Positions 48,201 to 60,922 of a stretch of 64,000 bases of DNA are shown piece by piece (the stretch's first letter is position 1; each line of letters starts with the position of its first letter). Under the pieces are notes generated by a model. The model did not search any database. It saw only the letters and a list, made by a program, of their open reading frames with translations, and was not told where the DNA came from. Where the stretch lies: positions 124,001-188,000 of the forward strand of contig NIVC01001113.1 of the NCBI GenBank assembly GCA_002269645.1, given 5' to 3'. Made by a program: the position numbers and the translations under genes. Origin of the DNA: Macrostomum lignano (lineage: Eukaryota).

Positions 48201-49468
48201 TTGTATCGTCCTCTCTTATCAATCTTCTCCGTCGACGATAATGGCAAGGGCACTCTGTACTTGTAGAACTTAGCCTCCACTGTTAAGTCGACAATTTGTC
48301 TGACACGCAAGCAGTCTAATAGGGCCATGTCCTTGCCCCTGGTCCGGTCAAAGAAGCTATTGCTGCTAATACCGGTTGCTGAGGCAACCGATTCGCTGTC
48401 AGCCGCCTCTGACTCGCCGGAGGTCGGCGCCATAGAATTGGGCGTGGATTTTCTACCGACGCTCATAGAAGAAAACCAGGACGACACCACCCCGATGGCG
48501 CTTCTGTTGGCAGAGGATGGTTTGGGAATGCTCTCCGTGATTCCCCACTCTGCCCTCTCTGTGATTCCCCACTCTGCTCTCTCTGATTCCCACTCTGCTC
48601 CCTGTGATTCCCCACTCTGCTTCCTGTGATTCCCCACTCTGCCCTCTCTGATTCCCCCACTCTGCCCTCTCTGTGATTCCCCACTCTGCCCTCTCTGTGA
48701 TTCCCCACTCTGCTCTCTCTGATTCCCACTCTGCTCCCTGTGATTCCCCACTCTGCTCCCTGTGATTCCCCACTCTGCTCCCTGTGATTCCCCACTCTGC
48801 CCTCCCTGTGATTCCCCACTCAGCTCTCTCTGATTCCCTACCCTGCTCTCTCTGATTCCCCACTCTGCTCTCTCTGATTCGCAGCTCTTGCTCCCTGTGA
48901 TTCCCACTCTGCTCTCTGTGATTCCCCACTCTGCCCTCCCTGTGATTCCCCACTCTGCTCTCTCTGATTCCCTCCTCAACACTGCACAATCCTACCTAGA
49001 ATAAGCTTCAGGCCAAGCACTCAGGGCTGAAGACCGGCACACCAGTTTGCCTTCAAACATGAGCGCAGGCGCCGGGAAGCGGCCTCGAACCCGGGCCTTA
49101 CTAGCAGATTTGCACACGGCATAGAAGTCATCCGGATATGCTAACTCCTGCTCAGGCCGGCGCCTCAAACAGCTGCTAGGCAAAAACAAATATGGCGGAT
49201 AAGTGTCGCACAACTGGCCATCGGTATTGTCTAAACAGCCGTGCAGTTTGTAGTCCAACTCAATCAGTTCCCGACAATTGCTGCTAGCTAGAAGTGCAGC
49301 GGCAGCTTCGGAGCCTCCCGAACCAGACAATGGCGATGAGTTTGGCAAGTCAGTAAGCAGACGGCTGGTGTAAGCTTTCTCAAGCATGAAACCCAACAGT
49401 CTGTGCAGTTCCGACTCTGTGACGTCATCGACTGGTTGGGAACGGGAGCGACGCCCAATATCGACCAT
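45241..49468 (-). CDS. MTMR14: Myotubularin-related protein 14-like PI3P phosphatase, 4 exons, about 495 aa
   Basis: Exons 49468-48996, 48503-48201, 47536-47121, 45536-45241 (1488 nt, in frame). YPPYLFLP, RVRGRFPAP, IPYPGCEFF, catalytic HCVSGWDRTPMFISLLR (intact CX5R), LAYDWFLFGH. The 3-prime end is uncertain. Confidence 0.87.
46530..47085 (-). mobile_element. tRNA-derived SINE copy with an extra internal segment of about 320 bp
   Basis: Head with A/B boxes at about 47020-47085 and body at 46530-46700 match the 29520-29876 copy. Confidence 0.7.
47590..48100. repeat. About 34-39-bp minisatellite in MTMR14 intron 2
   Basis: CCCTACTGTACAGTCTGGTGTAGGTGGGGGATTT-type units. Confidence 0.9.
48535..48975. 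repeat. About 22-bp minisatellite (GATTCCCCACTCTGCTCTCTGT)n in MTMR14 intron 1
   Basis: Direct reading. Confidence 0.9.
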
Positions 49469-50881
49469 TATCTGGCATGAATAAGATTGATTATGAATTT
49501 AGTTAGATTAGAATACACAATGGTGTTTTCTAGTTTGAATTCACGCCAGCATATACATACCAAACTTGAAATTAAAATCTACATCAGATATTTCTAGTGA
49601 GATTATTAGGTAAGACAGGCAGGTACAAATCATATTATGAATGGAGAACAACTGCTCTAATGGTTAAAACTATAGACAACACATCCTAATCATTTTTGTA
49701 TGTCACTTAGTCCAATTTATCATACTGGTCATTTTGGTGTACATGTGCAACCTGACATTACACTACCATGCAACTTAGTTTTGACCACAGATACTAAAAT
49801 AACTATATGGGCAACTCGGGCATATATACCTAGTAAAACAGCTTTCTACTTTCAGTTCAGTAGCAAAGAAGAATACATAAGCTATTTTATAAAAAAGGCA
49901 GCTAAAATTACTTTGATGAGTTTAGAAGCCTGAGCTTGTAGACAAAGAACTCACTAATTGGTTCAACAATAATGTACATTAGCCAGTCCTTTGAAATATA
50001 CAAGGCAACCTTAAGCTGGAATTCTGAGAAAGGCAAAAAAAGGGTAAGGGAGTAGTGTGGAAAGGTGTGGCTTGAGAGTTTAAGCTGGGGATAAGAGCCA
50101 ATAAATGAGCATTGGCTTTAAGAATACATTAAAATGCTTTTGTTTAACTTAATACTGAACTGAAGTAGTTTGCATGCAAGTGTTCTGAGTGGCCAATCTA
50201 GGTTATTTTAGTATCTGTGGTTTTGACTAAAAATCCAGCTTAGTTTTACAACTTAATCCTAAACTAAAGAAAGAAATGTTTACTTTGTCACCAATATTTG
50301 TCAAAAAAGTCATAAATTTTGTGACTTATACTTGGTCCAATATAATTTTTGCCACCTAGATTGGCTGGGTCAGCAAGCAGTTGCATATGTATTTTTTTGG
50401 TATGTCAATAGTATAGAAAATAGCAATAGTGACAGTAATAGTGAGTTGCAATTCAAGCTTTCAGTTTGTTTTATAAAAACATATGCATGCTTTTTGATTT
50501 ATTATAATTTTATAGCTATAGCAAACCACTCAATAGAGCAGTTATACCAGGAGTTGTGGCAAAACTTTTAGCTCATTTAAAGATATTCCTATCTAGAAAA
50601 AGCCTGGAAACTTTTGCATGAATATCTGTGAAACTTAAAAAATTAAATATTAAATAAATATTAAATAACTTTAATTTAAATATCTGCAAAACTCTAGTGA
50701 GAGTATAATAGCTAGCTTGACAAAAAAATAAAAACAAACTAAAAAACTTTAGTTCCTTATTAAAGCTACTATAATTTTTAGTGGCTTTGCTTTTAAATGC
50801 AATAACTTTGTTTAATTATAACAAGTGCAATACATTTTCAAATGAAATCATGCAAGTTTTTGATTTTTGGAACAAATAAAA

Positions 50882-51179
50882 CATACATGAGCAACCTCCG
50901 AAATTTGGTCGGCCATGCGACTTAGTTTCAACAAAAATGCGACGTAGTTTTTGGCCAAAAATGCGACTTACATGTAAAAAAACCCTAAAGCAAAATTAAC
51001 GCAACTTTGGGTAAACGGCAGGAGTAACTATGACTGTCTTATTAAGCCAAAATGCCTCGTCAGCTACTTAGTACTACTACTTGGTTATTTTTTCAGGTGG
51101 GCATTTTTGCGACTTCCTTGGTTGGCCGCCAGATCGGTCGGCCGGATCGGCCGACTCGGCCGACTGTTGCGCATGTATG
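50882..51179. mobile_element. 298-bp hAT-type MITE, copy 2
   Basis: TIR CATACATGAGCAAC...GTTGCGCATGTATG; 8-bp TSD AAATAAAA; same orientation as copy 1. Confidence 0.88.
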
Positions 51180-51999
51180 AAATAAAAGCTGCATGCACAT
51201 AAACATTTTAGTTGCACAAGCTTGCCAAAAATATGTGCACAAGAGTGTAAGTTTTTATGCATAGAATGAGTCCAGCCAGAAATTTGTACAAAAATTTCAT
51301 CTTTGATTTTTGATAGGATACTTTTATAGGCCCTAGGCTTATAGTATATCACCCAATAAAATGCAAAATCTGCAGAGGAATCAGAAAGGAATAGCTTATT
51401 AAAATGTGGAATCTGCAGCAGAGTGGTAAAATGTAAAATGAACCGCAGATTCCAATAACTTTAATTTAAATTATGCAAATGCAAGGTAGCTGAAGTGCAC
51501 TATAAACTATATATAATCTTTTTAACAATAAAGCCTTTGAAATTTGACCAAACTATTAGAGAGAAAGTTATAATAATATTTTCAATATCTATCAGTCATA
51601 TTATTTATGAGAGAACTTATATTTACTACTTTGAGTAGGCCTAATAGATGCTAGTTAATAGTTTAGTTTGCCTCACAATATAGAATTATACTAAAATTAT
51701 ATACAACAAGCTGTTGAAACCCGCGGATTTTGAACCCGGGGATTTCCAATCCCCAGAACTACTTTTGCATGTATTCTGAAATCTAAGACCATACACAAAC
51801 AAATTAATGTTAGTAGGATAGAGGTAGACATAAAATGGAGCACATTCGTGTAAAATTAGAGTTTGAGGCAAACGTTGATATTGTTTGCTGGGGTACTCCA
51901 CAGAATGCCAGGCAATGTCTGTCTGACTCTAAAACATGTATTGGCAAACTCTGGCCTCTCCCTGACTCTCCTATGTCCCTTGGATCCTTTAAAATTTCT

Positions 52000-52349
52000 A
52001 TCGTCTCTCTGTTTCCTTTCTTCTCTCTTATTCCTTGTCTCTCGTCTCTCCTCTCTCTTCTCTCCTCTCTTCTCTCGTATCTTCCCTCATCACTCCTCTC
52101 TTTCATCTCTCTTATCTCATCTCTTCCCTATTCTTTTCTCTCTCCTCTCCTCTCTCCTTTCTACTTTTCGTTTTCTCTCTGCTCTCCTCTCTCCTCTCTA
52201 CTCTTTCGTTTTCTCTCTCCTCTCCTCTCTCCTCTCTCCCATCTTCTTTCGTATATTACCTCATCTTTCTTCTCTTTCATATCTCTTATCTCATCTCTTC
52301 CCTCTTCTTTTCTCTCTTATCTCTTCTCGTTACTCTCTGCTCTGCGCTT

Positions 52350-52411
<62 letters not shown>

Positions 52412-53160
52412 CCCATCTTTCTTCTCTCTACTCTCTCCCCTCTTCATTCTCCTATTTCCTCTTGTCTCTCCCTGTCTCTCCTCTCTCATCTAGTCTCTGT
52501 AATCTCTTCTCTCTTATCTCTCCTCTGTTCTCTCTACTCTCCCATCTCTCGTCTGTTCATCTGCTCTCTCATCTGTCATCTTTACTCTCTTATACGTTCT
52601 CTAACTTATCTCCTCTGTACTCTTCTCTTTCACCTCTTCTGACTCCTCTCTTTCCTTACTCCTTTCTTCTTTTCTCTTCCCTCTTCTATACTCTCTCTCC
52701 TCTATTATCTTCTCTTATCTCTCTGCACTCTCCTCTCACCTTTTTCTCTCGTCTCTTCTTTCATCTGTCTCATCTCTAAAATCTCATCTCTTTCCTCTCT
52801 CCTCCTCTTTCCTTTACTCTCTCATCTCTCCTTTCTCCCCTCTTCTTTCACCACTCTCTTATCTCTATCTCTTCTCTTCTCACTCCTCTATCCCCCTCTT
52901 ATCTCCTCTCTTCTCTATCCTTTCTACTCTCTCCTCTCTAATCTCTCCTCTCCTCTTGACCCTCTGTCATATTCTTTCTGCTTTCTCATCTCTACTCTCT
53001 TCTCAATCTTCTCTACTCTCCTCTCTCATCGATCCTCTGTCTCATCTCTCGCCTCTTCTCACCTTTACTCTTTCCTCTCCTTCCTTTTCCCCTCCTCTCG
53101 CTTCTTCCTCCCTTCTTCTCTGCTCTCTCCTCACCACTTTTCCTTTTCACTCTCATCTGG
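52000..53160. repeat. CT-rich low-complexity tract with a pure (CT)n core
   Basis: Polypyrimidine tract of about 1.1 kb. Confidence 0.92.
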
Positions 53161-53739
53161 CCCGCAGCCATGAGCTGGATTCTTTATCTGGCCTTTGAGA
53201 TAAAAATCTGCCAATCCCTGCTTCGAAAGTACTATCATGGTTGTTATCATTTCTCATGCTTTGATCACGTCATCTTTCTGGCCAATTAGCAGCCCTGAGA
53301 GGAATTTGTGTATCTCCATTCTCCAGCTCCACCACCAGTCTGCAGCAGTCTAACAACCAAGGAAATACGCATTTCTTAGGAGGCCATTTAAATTTTAAAG
53401 TTACCTTATGCGAATCTTAATGTTAAAATTTTCATGGTGTAACTAATTTAGTAGGATTGCATTGTAATCAGTTATTCATTAAGATTAATTTTTCGCTATT
53501 TTTATAAACCATCCCATATCGCCTTGATTTGCCATCCCTGTTTAACTGCTGCGACTTGTCTATACAGAGGGCAGTAGTTTGAATCTCTCGCTAAACTCTC
53601 TCCTCTCTACGCCTCTCCACTCGCGGGGGTACAGAGAAAGCTATTAAAAAGTTATTCCAAAACACTGTACATTCGCTATGTACATTGAGCCCTATCGCCT
53701 GATCCTTCGTCTGGGGGAATGAGTTGGATGAGCGGCAAA

Positions 53740-54348
53740 CAACAGAAAAAGCAGACAAACTTCACATGCTTACAGTTTCTTTTTCGGTTGAGTTACAGAG
53801 TTGAAACTTTATATTTAGATAGAGAATGAGTCAATGAAGAATTGTGTCAAGTTTGAAGTCAATCGCTTTACGTGGAGCAAACTTATGGCAGCTGAAAGTT
53901 AGTCAATTTTGAAACCCCTTTTACACATCTGGGCCCAGATCGGGAAAGAGAGGCAAGCGGGCGGAGGTTGGGGTGGCTGCCTCGCTGAAAAAAATAGCCA
54001 AACTTTTAAAGTGCACAGCGGCTTTCAGGATTAACTTTGAGACTCGAAATTTTACACGATTGTGTCAAAATAGTTTAAAATTGTCTGTGTCAAATTTGAA
54101 GAGAATTGGTAGAAGTGGAGCGGCGCTATGGAGGATTTAGTGAAAAAATCGCGCATTTTGAGCAGTTTTTTGTACTTTTAGGTAGGAAGACTTGAGTCTA
54201 GGAAATTAAAAGGTAGCCTAAGACATTCTCTGTAGTAAGTTTAGGGTGGGTGTAAAGTTTGGTGTCATTTGGTTGAGCGGTTTGGGAGTCCATAGCGAAG
54301 TAATTTGTCCACAGACAGACAGAGTTTTGATTTTTATAGGTAGAGATT
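53740..54348 (+). mobile_element. Possible Helentron-associated (HINE/DINE-1-like) non-autonomous element
   Basis: Repeated AAGTTTGAAGTC-like subunits and a 3-prime end ACAGACAGACAGAG...TTTTATAGGTAGAGAT resembling that class; recognised by eye only. Confidence 0.4.
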
Positions 54349-54789
54349 ACACTGCTATTATAGGCATTAGTGGTATAGGCAAAGGGGGGATATAGGGATC
54401 TAACCCTCCCCCCCCCATGGGCCTGGTCGATGGGTATAAGAAATGGAAAGCATAGTGCATGCTAATACATGCTAATGCAAATCAAAAAACAATTTTTATT
54501 TACTAAAGCAAAGCAAGAATTTTTTCTATTTTTCCACTAAATTGTGAATTTGAGTAGGTACTAGCAATCTACGCCTCCCATTGGGGAGCCAAAGAAATGC
54601 AATACACATTTTTTTAATAAGCTACATGCATCCTTGAAATCTTAAAAAATCTCTTGTCAAACTTTGTAAGCCTTGACATGTCAGTAATTCCCCCCCCACA
54701 AGCTTTAACATATCAACTTCCCCCCCCCTTGACATCTCAGCAATGCCCCCAATAAGCCTTGGAAATCTAAAAATATCTGTCAACCTTCC

Positions 54790-55400
54790 CTACCCTACCC
54801 TACCCTAGCCTAACCCTAACCTTAATGCCCCCTTAATGCCCTCAGTTAAGGTTCTACGCTTAACTGATGAGCCCCAATAAGGGCGAAACCACAGTCTTAA
54901 GCTGACACCCTTGAAAAATTTATCCTATACCATGTCTGAATTCCTTGCTTCCCCTATCCCCTCCTTGAAATCAATCCCCTTTGAGGCAACTGATGGCCCT
55001 GGTCTCCAGGTTGTCTGGGGGTGCCCCCTAGGCTGGCTGGTTCCCCCTAGTCCCGTCGCCCTGTTCCGGTCTGGGTTGAGACCCCAGTACCCGAGGACAC
55101 TGTGGCAGAGGCCAGTGCCTCCTCCCCCTCCTCCTCCTCCTTCCCCCAGCCTCCCCTGGTGGTGCCCTGGATCTCCCACAGACCTGGGCCCCAGTTGCTT
55201 CAATTAGCAAAAGTATCCAACCTCACCTTACCCTAACCCTAACCCCTAACCCTAATCCCTTATCCTAACCCTAATCCTAACCCTTACCCTAACCCAATCT
55301 CCTTCTGCCTCTGGTCCCCTGGTATCTTAATCTGCCTATCCTGCAACCCCATACCATAAGTCCTAACCCTTAACCCTAACCCTAACCTAACCCTAAAGCA
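54790..55400 (+). repeat. Degenerate interstitial telomere-like (CCCTAA)n tracts
   Basis: CCCTAA, CCTAA and CCCTA runs at about 54790-54835 and 55220-55400. Confidence 0.7.
54858..54902 (+). ncRNA. Minimal type I hammerhead ribozyme
   Basis: GCTTAA (stem I), CTGATGA, GCCC-caataa-GGGC (stem II), GAAAC-caca-GTC, TTAAGC (stem I prime). Complete catalytic core; predicted cleavage after GUC at 54896. Confidence 0.82.
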
Positions 55401-56249
55401 TTGAAATTTCAGTAATAATTCTCTCTAAGAGTCATTATTGCACTACTATAGCATTATAGCGATTCCCTGCAAGCCTCAACATCGTAGGGATTCCCAAATA
55501 AATCTCTTAACTTCGACATGAAGCTTCTTTTATTTTTTACATTACGTTTTTTTTATCAGCAATCCCTCCCCTGAGGAGGCATCAAATAATGTAATAAAAA
55601 GTTTTCAATAAACTACATCTAGCTTCTGACTTTAGCCTTGAAATCTCATTTATACCCCCGTGAGCCTTGACATCTCAGCTATTCCCCCCGTAAGCCTTAA
55701 CATGTCAGCGATGGCCCCCATAAACTTTGAAATCTAAAAAATCCCCTGTTATTCTGTTAACCTTGAAACCCAATAAAATATAACCCTCAACCCATACCTG
55801 ACCTAAACCTAACTTTAATAACCCAACCTAAAGCCTTGAAATCTCAGCAATTCTTCTCCCCTAAGCCTTGACATTTTAGTGATTCCTTCTTTAAGAATCA
55901 CAGCACTATAACAATTTCCACCAAGCTTTGACATCGTAGCAATTCCCAAATGAATCTTTTAACTTTGACATGACTTTTCTTTTATGTATACATAGTGCTA
56001 CTTTTATTTTTTACATGACTCTTCTTCTATCAGCGCCCCCCCCTGTGGCGAGCCAACAAAGAATGCAATAAAAAATTGAGTAAAGTACATGAACTTTGAA
56101 GTAGCTTCTGACTTTTGCTTTGACATCTCAGAAACCCCCCCCCATAATCTCAGTTATTCTCTGAGAGCCCTGACGTCTCAGTTTTTCTCCCCAGCACAGC
56201 ATTATAGCTTCATTTAATTTTTACATGATACCCTTGCTTCTTAATTTTT

Positions 56250-59200
56250 TAAATGACACTTTCATTAGTTTTTAAATAAGGCTTCTATGATTGTTTATAT
56301 GACGCTTCTAAGATTTTTTAAATGATGCTTCTATGATTTTTTAAATGACGCTTCTATGATTTTTATATGACGCTTCTACAATTTTTTAGATGACGCTACT
56401 ATGAATTTTTACATGACGCTTCTATGATTGTTTACATGATGCCTCTATGATTGTTTACATGACGCTTCTATGATTTTTTCATGACGTTTCTATGATTGTT
56501 TACATGACGCTTTAATGATTTTTACATGACGCTTCTATGATTTTTTCATGATGCTTCTATGATTTTTTACATGACACTTCTATGCTTCTTACATGACGCT
56601 TCTATGATTGTTTACATGATGCTTCTATGATTGTTTACATGATGCTTCTATGATTGTTTACTTGTCGCTTCTATGATTGTTTACATGACGCTTCTATGAT
56701 TTTTACATGACGCTTTTATGATTGTTTACATCACGCTTCTATGATTGTTTACATGATGCTTTTATGATTGTTTACATGACACTTCTATGCTTTTTATATG
56801 ACACTTTTATGATTGTTTACATGACACTTCTATGATTGTTTACATGACGCTTTAATGATTGTTTACATGACGCTTTTATGCTTGTTTACATGACACTTCT
56901 ATGATTTTTTACATGACGCTTCTATGATTGTTTACATGATGCTTCTATGATTGTTTACATGATGCTTCTATGATTTTTTACATGACACTTCTATGATTTT
57001 TCACGTGACGCTTTTATGATTTTTTCACATGACGATTTTATGATTTTTATATGACGTTTCTGTAAGCACTGGAATTGCGCTTACATCGAAGCGAAAAAAC
57101 AACGGCCTCCTCTCGTCTCGACCGGTTCTATCCAGCCAGACCAGCTCTACACTAAAGGGCAGATAACAAAGCTGAGGTTTGAAGGCCAAGCCAGCAGCCT
57201 GCGAATGTATGACACAGTAGACTCGCAGCAATGCTTTGGGGGGGGGTGATATGGTTGCCTAACAATGGGACAGAGAAAAATGCTCGAGCGATAACCCTGC
57301 CCCACTCAAACTATGCATTGCTCTTCATTTTGTCAACTAAACCAGTTTGCTTGCTTGACTATAAAATACACTGTCTCACACTTTGAGCCTCACACTCATA
57401 ACAGGGCCCTCAGAGGCCAGTGTGTTAGAAAGTCTTTCTGACTTGTGAGCAGAAGATAACAGGAATAGAAACTGTTATATCTGGTTCCCTGAGAGTGAGT
57501 CACCCAGTTCCACCAACTTTGACTAAGGGTGATTGCAACAGGCCTTCTCCATTGCTAGATAACATCATCCTGCCATAGGTCAAAAAGAACGTGCTCGATC
57601 AAGGTCAGTGTAAAGTCAACAAGTCATCTCATCAAGCAAGCAAGAAGACCAAGTTGCAACGTGTTTCAACATCATCAGAAATCCGAGGCCCAATGCAATT
57701 AATTCGTCCTCAACTAACCAAGATTCTCAAGAGAGCCAAGAGACAATTATCGACGTGGTATGCTTGATGACATTAAGACGCGACTGTGACGCACCAAGCC
57801 GTTACAAATGTGCAGCCGCCACTCTACTTGATGCGTTAAATGGCAATCCAAGAGATATCAGTACAAAACCTATTTATCTTCTATGCGTGTAGTGCTTAAG
57901 TCGGTCAAGGCACAACTTTGGATCGAACAAAACATTTGGCAGTCATTTCTTCGAATTTTTGGCCTACGACTTGGCGTACACAACGGATCAATTGAACAAG
58001 TGAGAATTTAAACTCAATTAGTAACACTGCCAGATTGCGACACTAGACGTGCAACCAAGCAAGCCTGATGGAGTTCTGCAGTCACAGTATTTCAAGATAT
58101 CCGCGAATTGAAAATTGAGTAACTACTGACGACTACTTCGGGGGAAAAGAGCCCCATGAAAAACACAAACACAAACTGTACTGCAAACAGAAAAGACTTG
58201 CTGGTTTGTAACTTCTGACAAACGAACCCTGCCCAAACCGACTCAACTACGACGCACAACCAATCAGCCGACCAAGTAGCCCAGCCAGAAAACTAGTGAC
58301 GAATTCAAGTATGAAACTGCTTATTAGGACAAAGTCATATCAAGAAGAAGCAACACCTTTGTGTCAGACTGACACGAGTGTCAGTCTCCAAAAAGGAGAA
58401 GATATATAAGCACTGGAATTGTGCTTACATTGAAGCAAAAAAAACAACAGCCTCCTCTCGTCTCGACTGGTTCTATCCAGCCAGACCAGCTCTACACTGA
58501 AAGGCAGATAACAAAGCTGAGGTCCGAAGGCCAAGCCAGCAGCCTGCAAAGGCGTGACACAATAGACTCGCAGCAATGCTTTGGGGGGAGGTGATATGGT
58601 TGCCTAACAATGGGACAGAGAAAAATGCTCAAGCGATAACCCTGCCCCACTCAAACTATGCATTGCTCTTCATTTTGTCAACTAAACCAGTTTGCTTGCT
58701 TGACTATAAAATACACTGTCTTGAATAATTTGCGGTATAGAGAGATTCGGAGATGTGAGTCTCACACTCATAACAGGGCCCTCAGAGGCCAGTGTGTTAG
58801 AAAGTCTTTCTGACTTGTGAGCAGAAGATAACAGGAATAAAAACTGTTATAGCTTCTATGATTTTTTACATGACGCTTCTATGATTATTCATATGACACT
58901 TCTATGATTTTTTAAATGACGCTTCTATGATTTTTTATGACGCTTCTACAATTTTTTACATGACGCTTCTATGATTGTTTACATGACGCTTCTATGATTT
59001 TTTATATGACACTTCTATGATTGTTTACATGACGCTTCTAAGATTTTTTACATGATGCTTCTATGATTGTTTACATGACGCTTCTGTGATTGTTTACATG
59101 ACGCTTCTATGATTTTTTAAATGACGCTTCTATGATTTTTTATGACGCTTCTACAATTTTTTACATGACGCTTCTATGATTGTTTACATGACGCTTCTAT

Positions 59201-59510
59201 GATTTTTTATATGACGCTTCTATGATTGTTTACATGACGCTTCTAAGATTTTTTTACATGATGCTTCTATGATTGTTTACATGACGCTTCTGTGATTGTT
59301 TACATGACGCTTCTATGATTTTTTTATGATGCTTCTATGATTTTTTACATGACACTTCTATGATTTTTACATGACGCTTCTATGATTGTTTACATGAAAC
59401 TTCTATGACTGTTTACATGACGCTTCTATGATTGTTTACATGACGCTTCTATGATTGTCTACATGACGCTTTTATGATTTTTACATGACGCTTCTATGAT
59501 TTTTACATTA
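56250..59510. repeat. 23-bp minisatellite (ATGACGCTTCTATGATTGTTTAC)n split in two by an LTR element
   Basis: Arrays at about 56250-57060 and 58852-59510. Confidence 0.93.
57061..58851 (+). mobile_element. Non-autonomous LTR retrotransposon (TRIM/LARD-like), 1.8 kb
   Basis: LTRs 57061-57479 and 58405-58851; PBS TGGTTCCCTGA at 57482-57492 complementary to a tRNA-Glu 3-prime end; PPT AAAAAGGAGAAGA before the 3-prime LTR; 5-bp TSD GTTTC/GCTTC with one mismatch; no internal ORF. Confidence 0.85.
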
Positions 59511-60083
59511 TGCTTCTTTTTAAAAAATCTTTTAGTTTTCCTGACGTTGAAAAGCTTTAATTAAAAAAATTATACTGTATGAAAATTTGAACCATTGTTG
59601 CTGCATTTAGCAGTTCAGTTTGTTCACCTCTAGGCTAGCTCTCATTGTTTTGATAACATCAAATTTTGCACTTATATATTTCAACACTTTAAAATCCAAG
59701 CATAGAGTAAATCACACAAAGCAGTTATGACATAATCAGTTTCTCAGTCAGTCAGTATCAGTTAACAATATGGTTACGCAATTCTGGTGCTACGCTTCCA
59801 CACTGCATTTTCAATTCAAGTTGGAGCTACAATTCAGTTATGATGCAATCTATTTCAGAATCAAAATTCAACCAGTCAGTTTTTTCTCTAGCATTCTTAC
59901 AATGCATTTCAAGTCGAAAAGTTTGCTTGACCTTTGCAAAAAAGCATGTTTTCTGAATATTTAATGCCTTTAGCATCAAGCAATTTCTTAGCCACGATGC
60001 ATGTACCCTCATGGGAAAATTTCTGATCGAACAGTGCAAGTTCAAACAAAATTGATCCAGCAATTTTTTCTCTAATCGATCAT

Positions 60084-60084
<1 letters not shown>

Positions 60085-60136
<52 letters not shown>

Positions 60137-60140
60137 CATA
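60085..60140. repeat. (TAGA)n microsatellite
   Basis: Direct reading. Confidence 0.93.
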
Positions 60141-60922
60141 GACAGACCATTTTTAGTATATTGGATTTTCATCGAATTGGGAAACTTGACTAGCTATATA
60201 CCACCTATACCATAGTCCGGATCATGGCAGGTGTATGCTGGAATGAAAATGTTTTTTCAATTTTATGCCAATGTAAAACTAATAAAAAATTTTATGCGAA
60301 GCCCAAAATTGTTTATATGCCATTTTTAAAGAATTTATATTTTACAAATTTTAAAGTTTTACTAAACTTTAAAATGGCTGTTTTTTGCTACAAACTGATA
60401 TCCTTTGTTTTAATTTTGTTTTTTATGATTGCATTAATATTTTCTATTTTAGTTTCCAATTATTTTTAAAGAGCTCTCAACATTGGTTGATATATAATTA
60501 CACAATTACATTAGCCTTGAACTTGGCTATTTTTGTATACCAACTGTGTACACTACATGTTGAACCTGAAAATTCCATATGCCAAGTGTACACTAAGATT
60601 GTCAGTAAAAGCAAAAATATACTAGAAAATTCTGGCATAAAGGCCACCTTCCAGACTATGGCACCTATATATTTGATTTAGGCCCTATTTAATTTAATTT
60701 TCATGTGAATTGCCCATTGGGTCAGCAAGTACAAGTAATAGCAGCTAGTCATATCCCTATATCCACCCATAAGAAATTCCTGGCTAGGCCTGCCCTTGAT
60801 AGGCATAGATATATTTATATATTGAAAATTACATTTTTGATTCCTATATTTTATATTTTAATTTAAGTTAGTGGATTCCGCAGTTGATTCCACAATTTAC
60901 TAGATACCTTATAGTATATATT

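Noticed and set aside
51810-53198. Ser/Leu-rich hydrophobic ORFs resembling membrane proteins
   Set aside because: Translations of a CT-rich low-complexity tract.
54790-55400. True telomere or chromosome end
   Set aside because: Repeats are short, degenerate and interstitial, with ordinary sequence on both sides.
58126-58150. CTGACGA...GAAA as a second hammerhead
   Set aside because: Stem II pairs poorly and there is no GAAAC...GUH or stem I complement.
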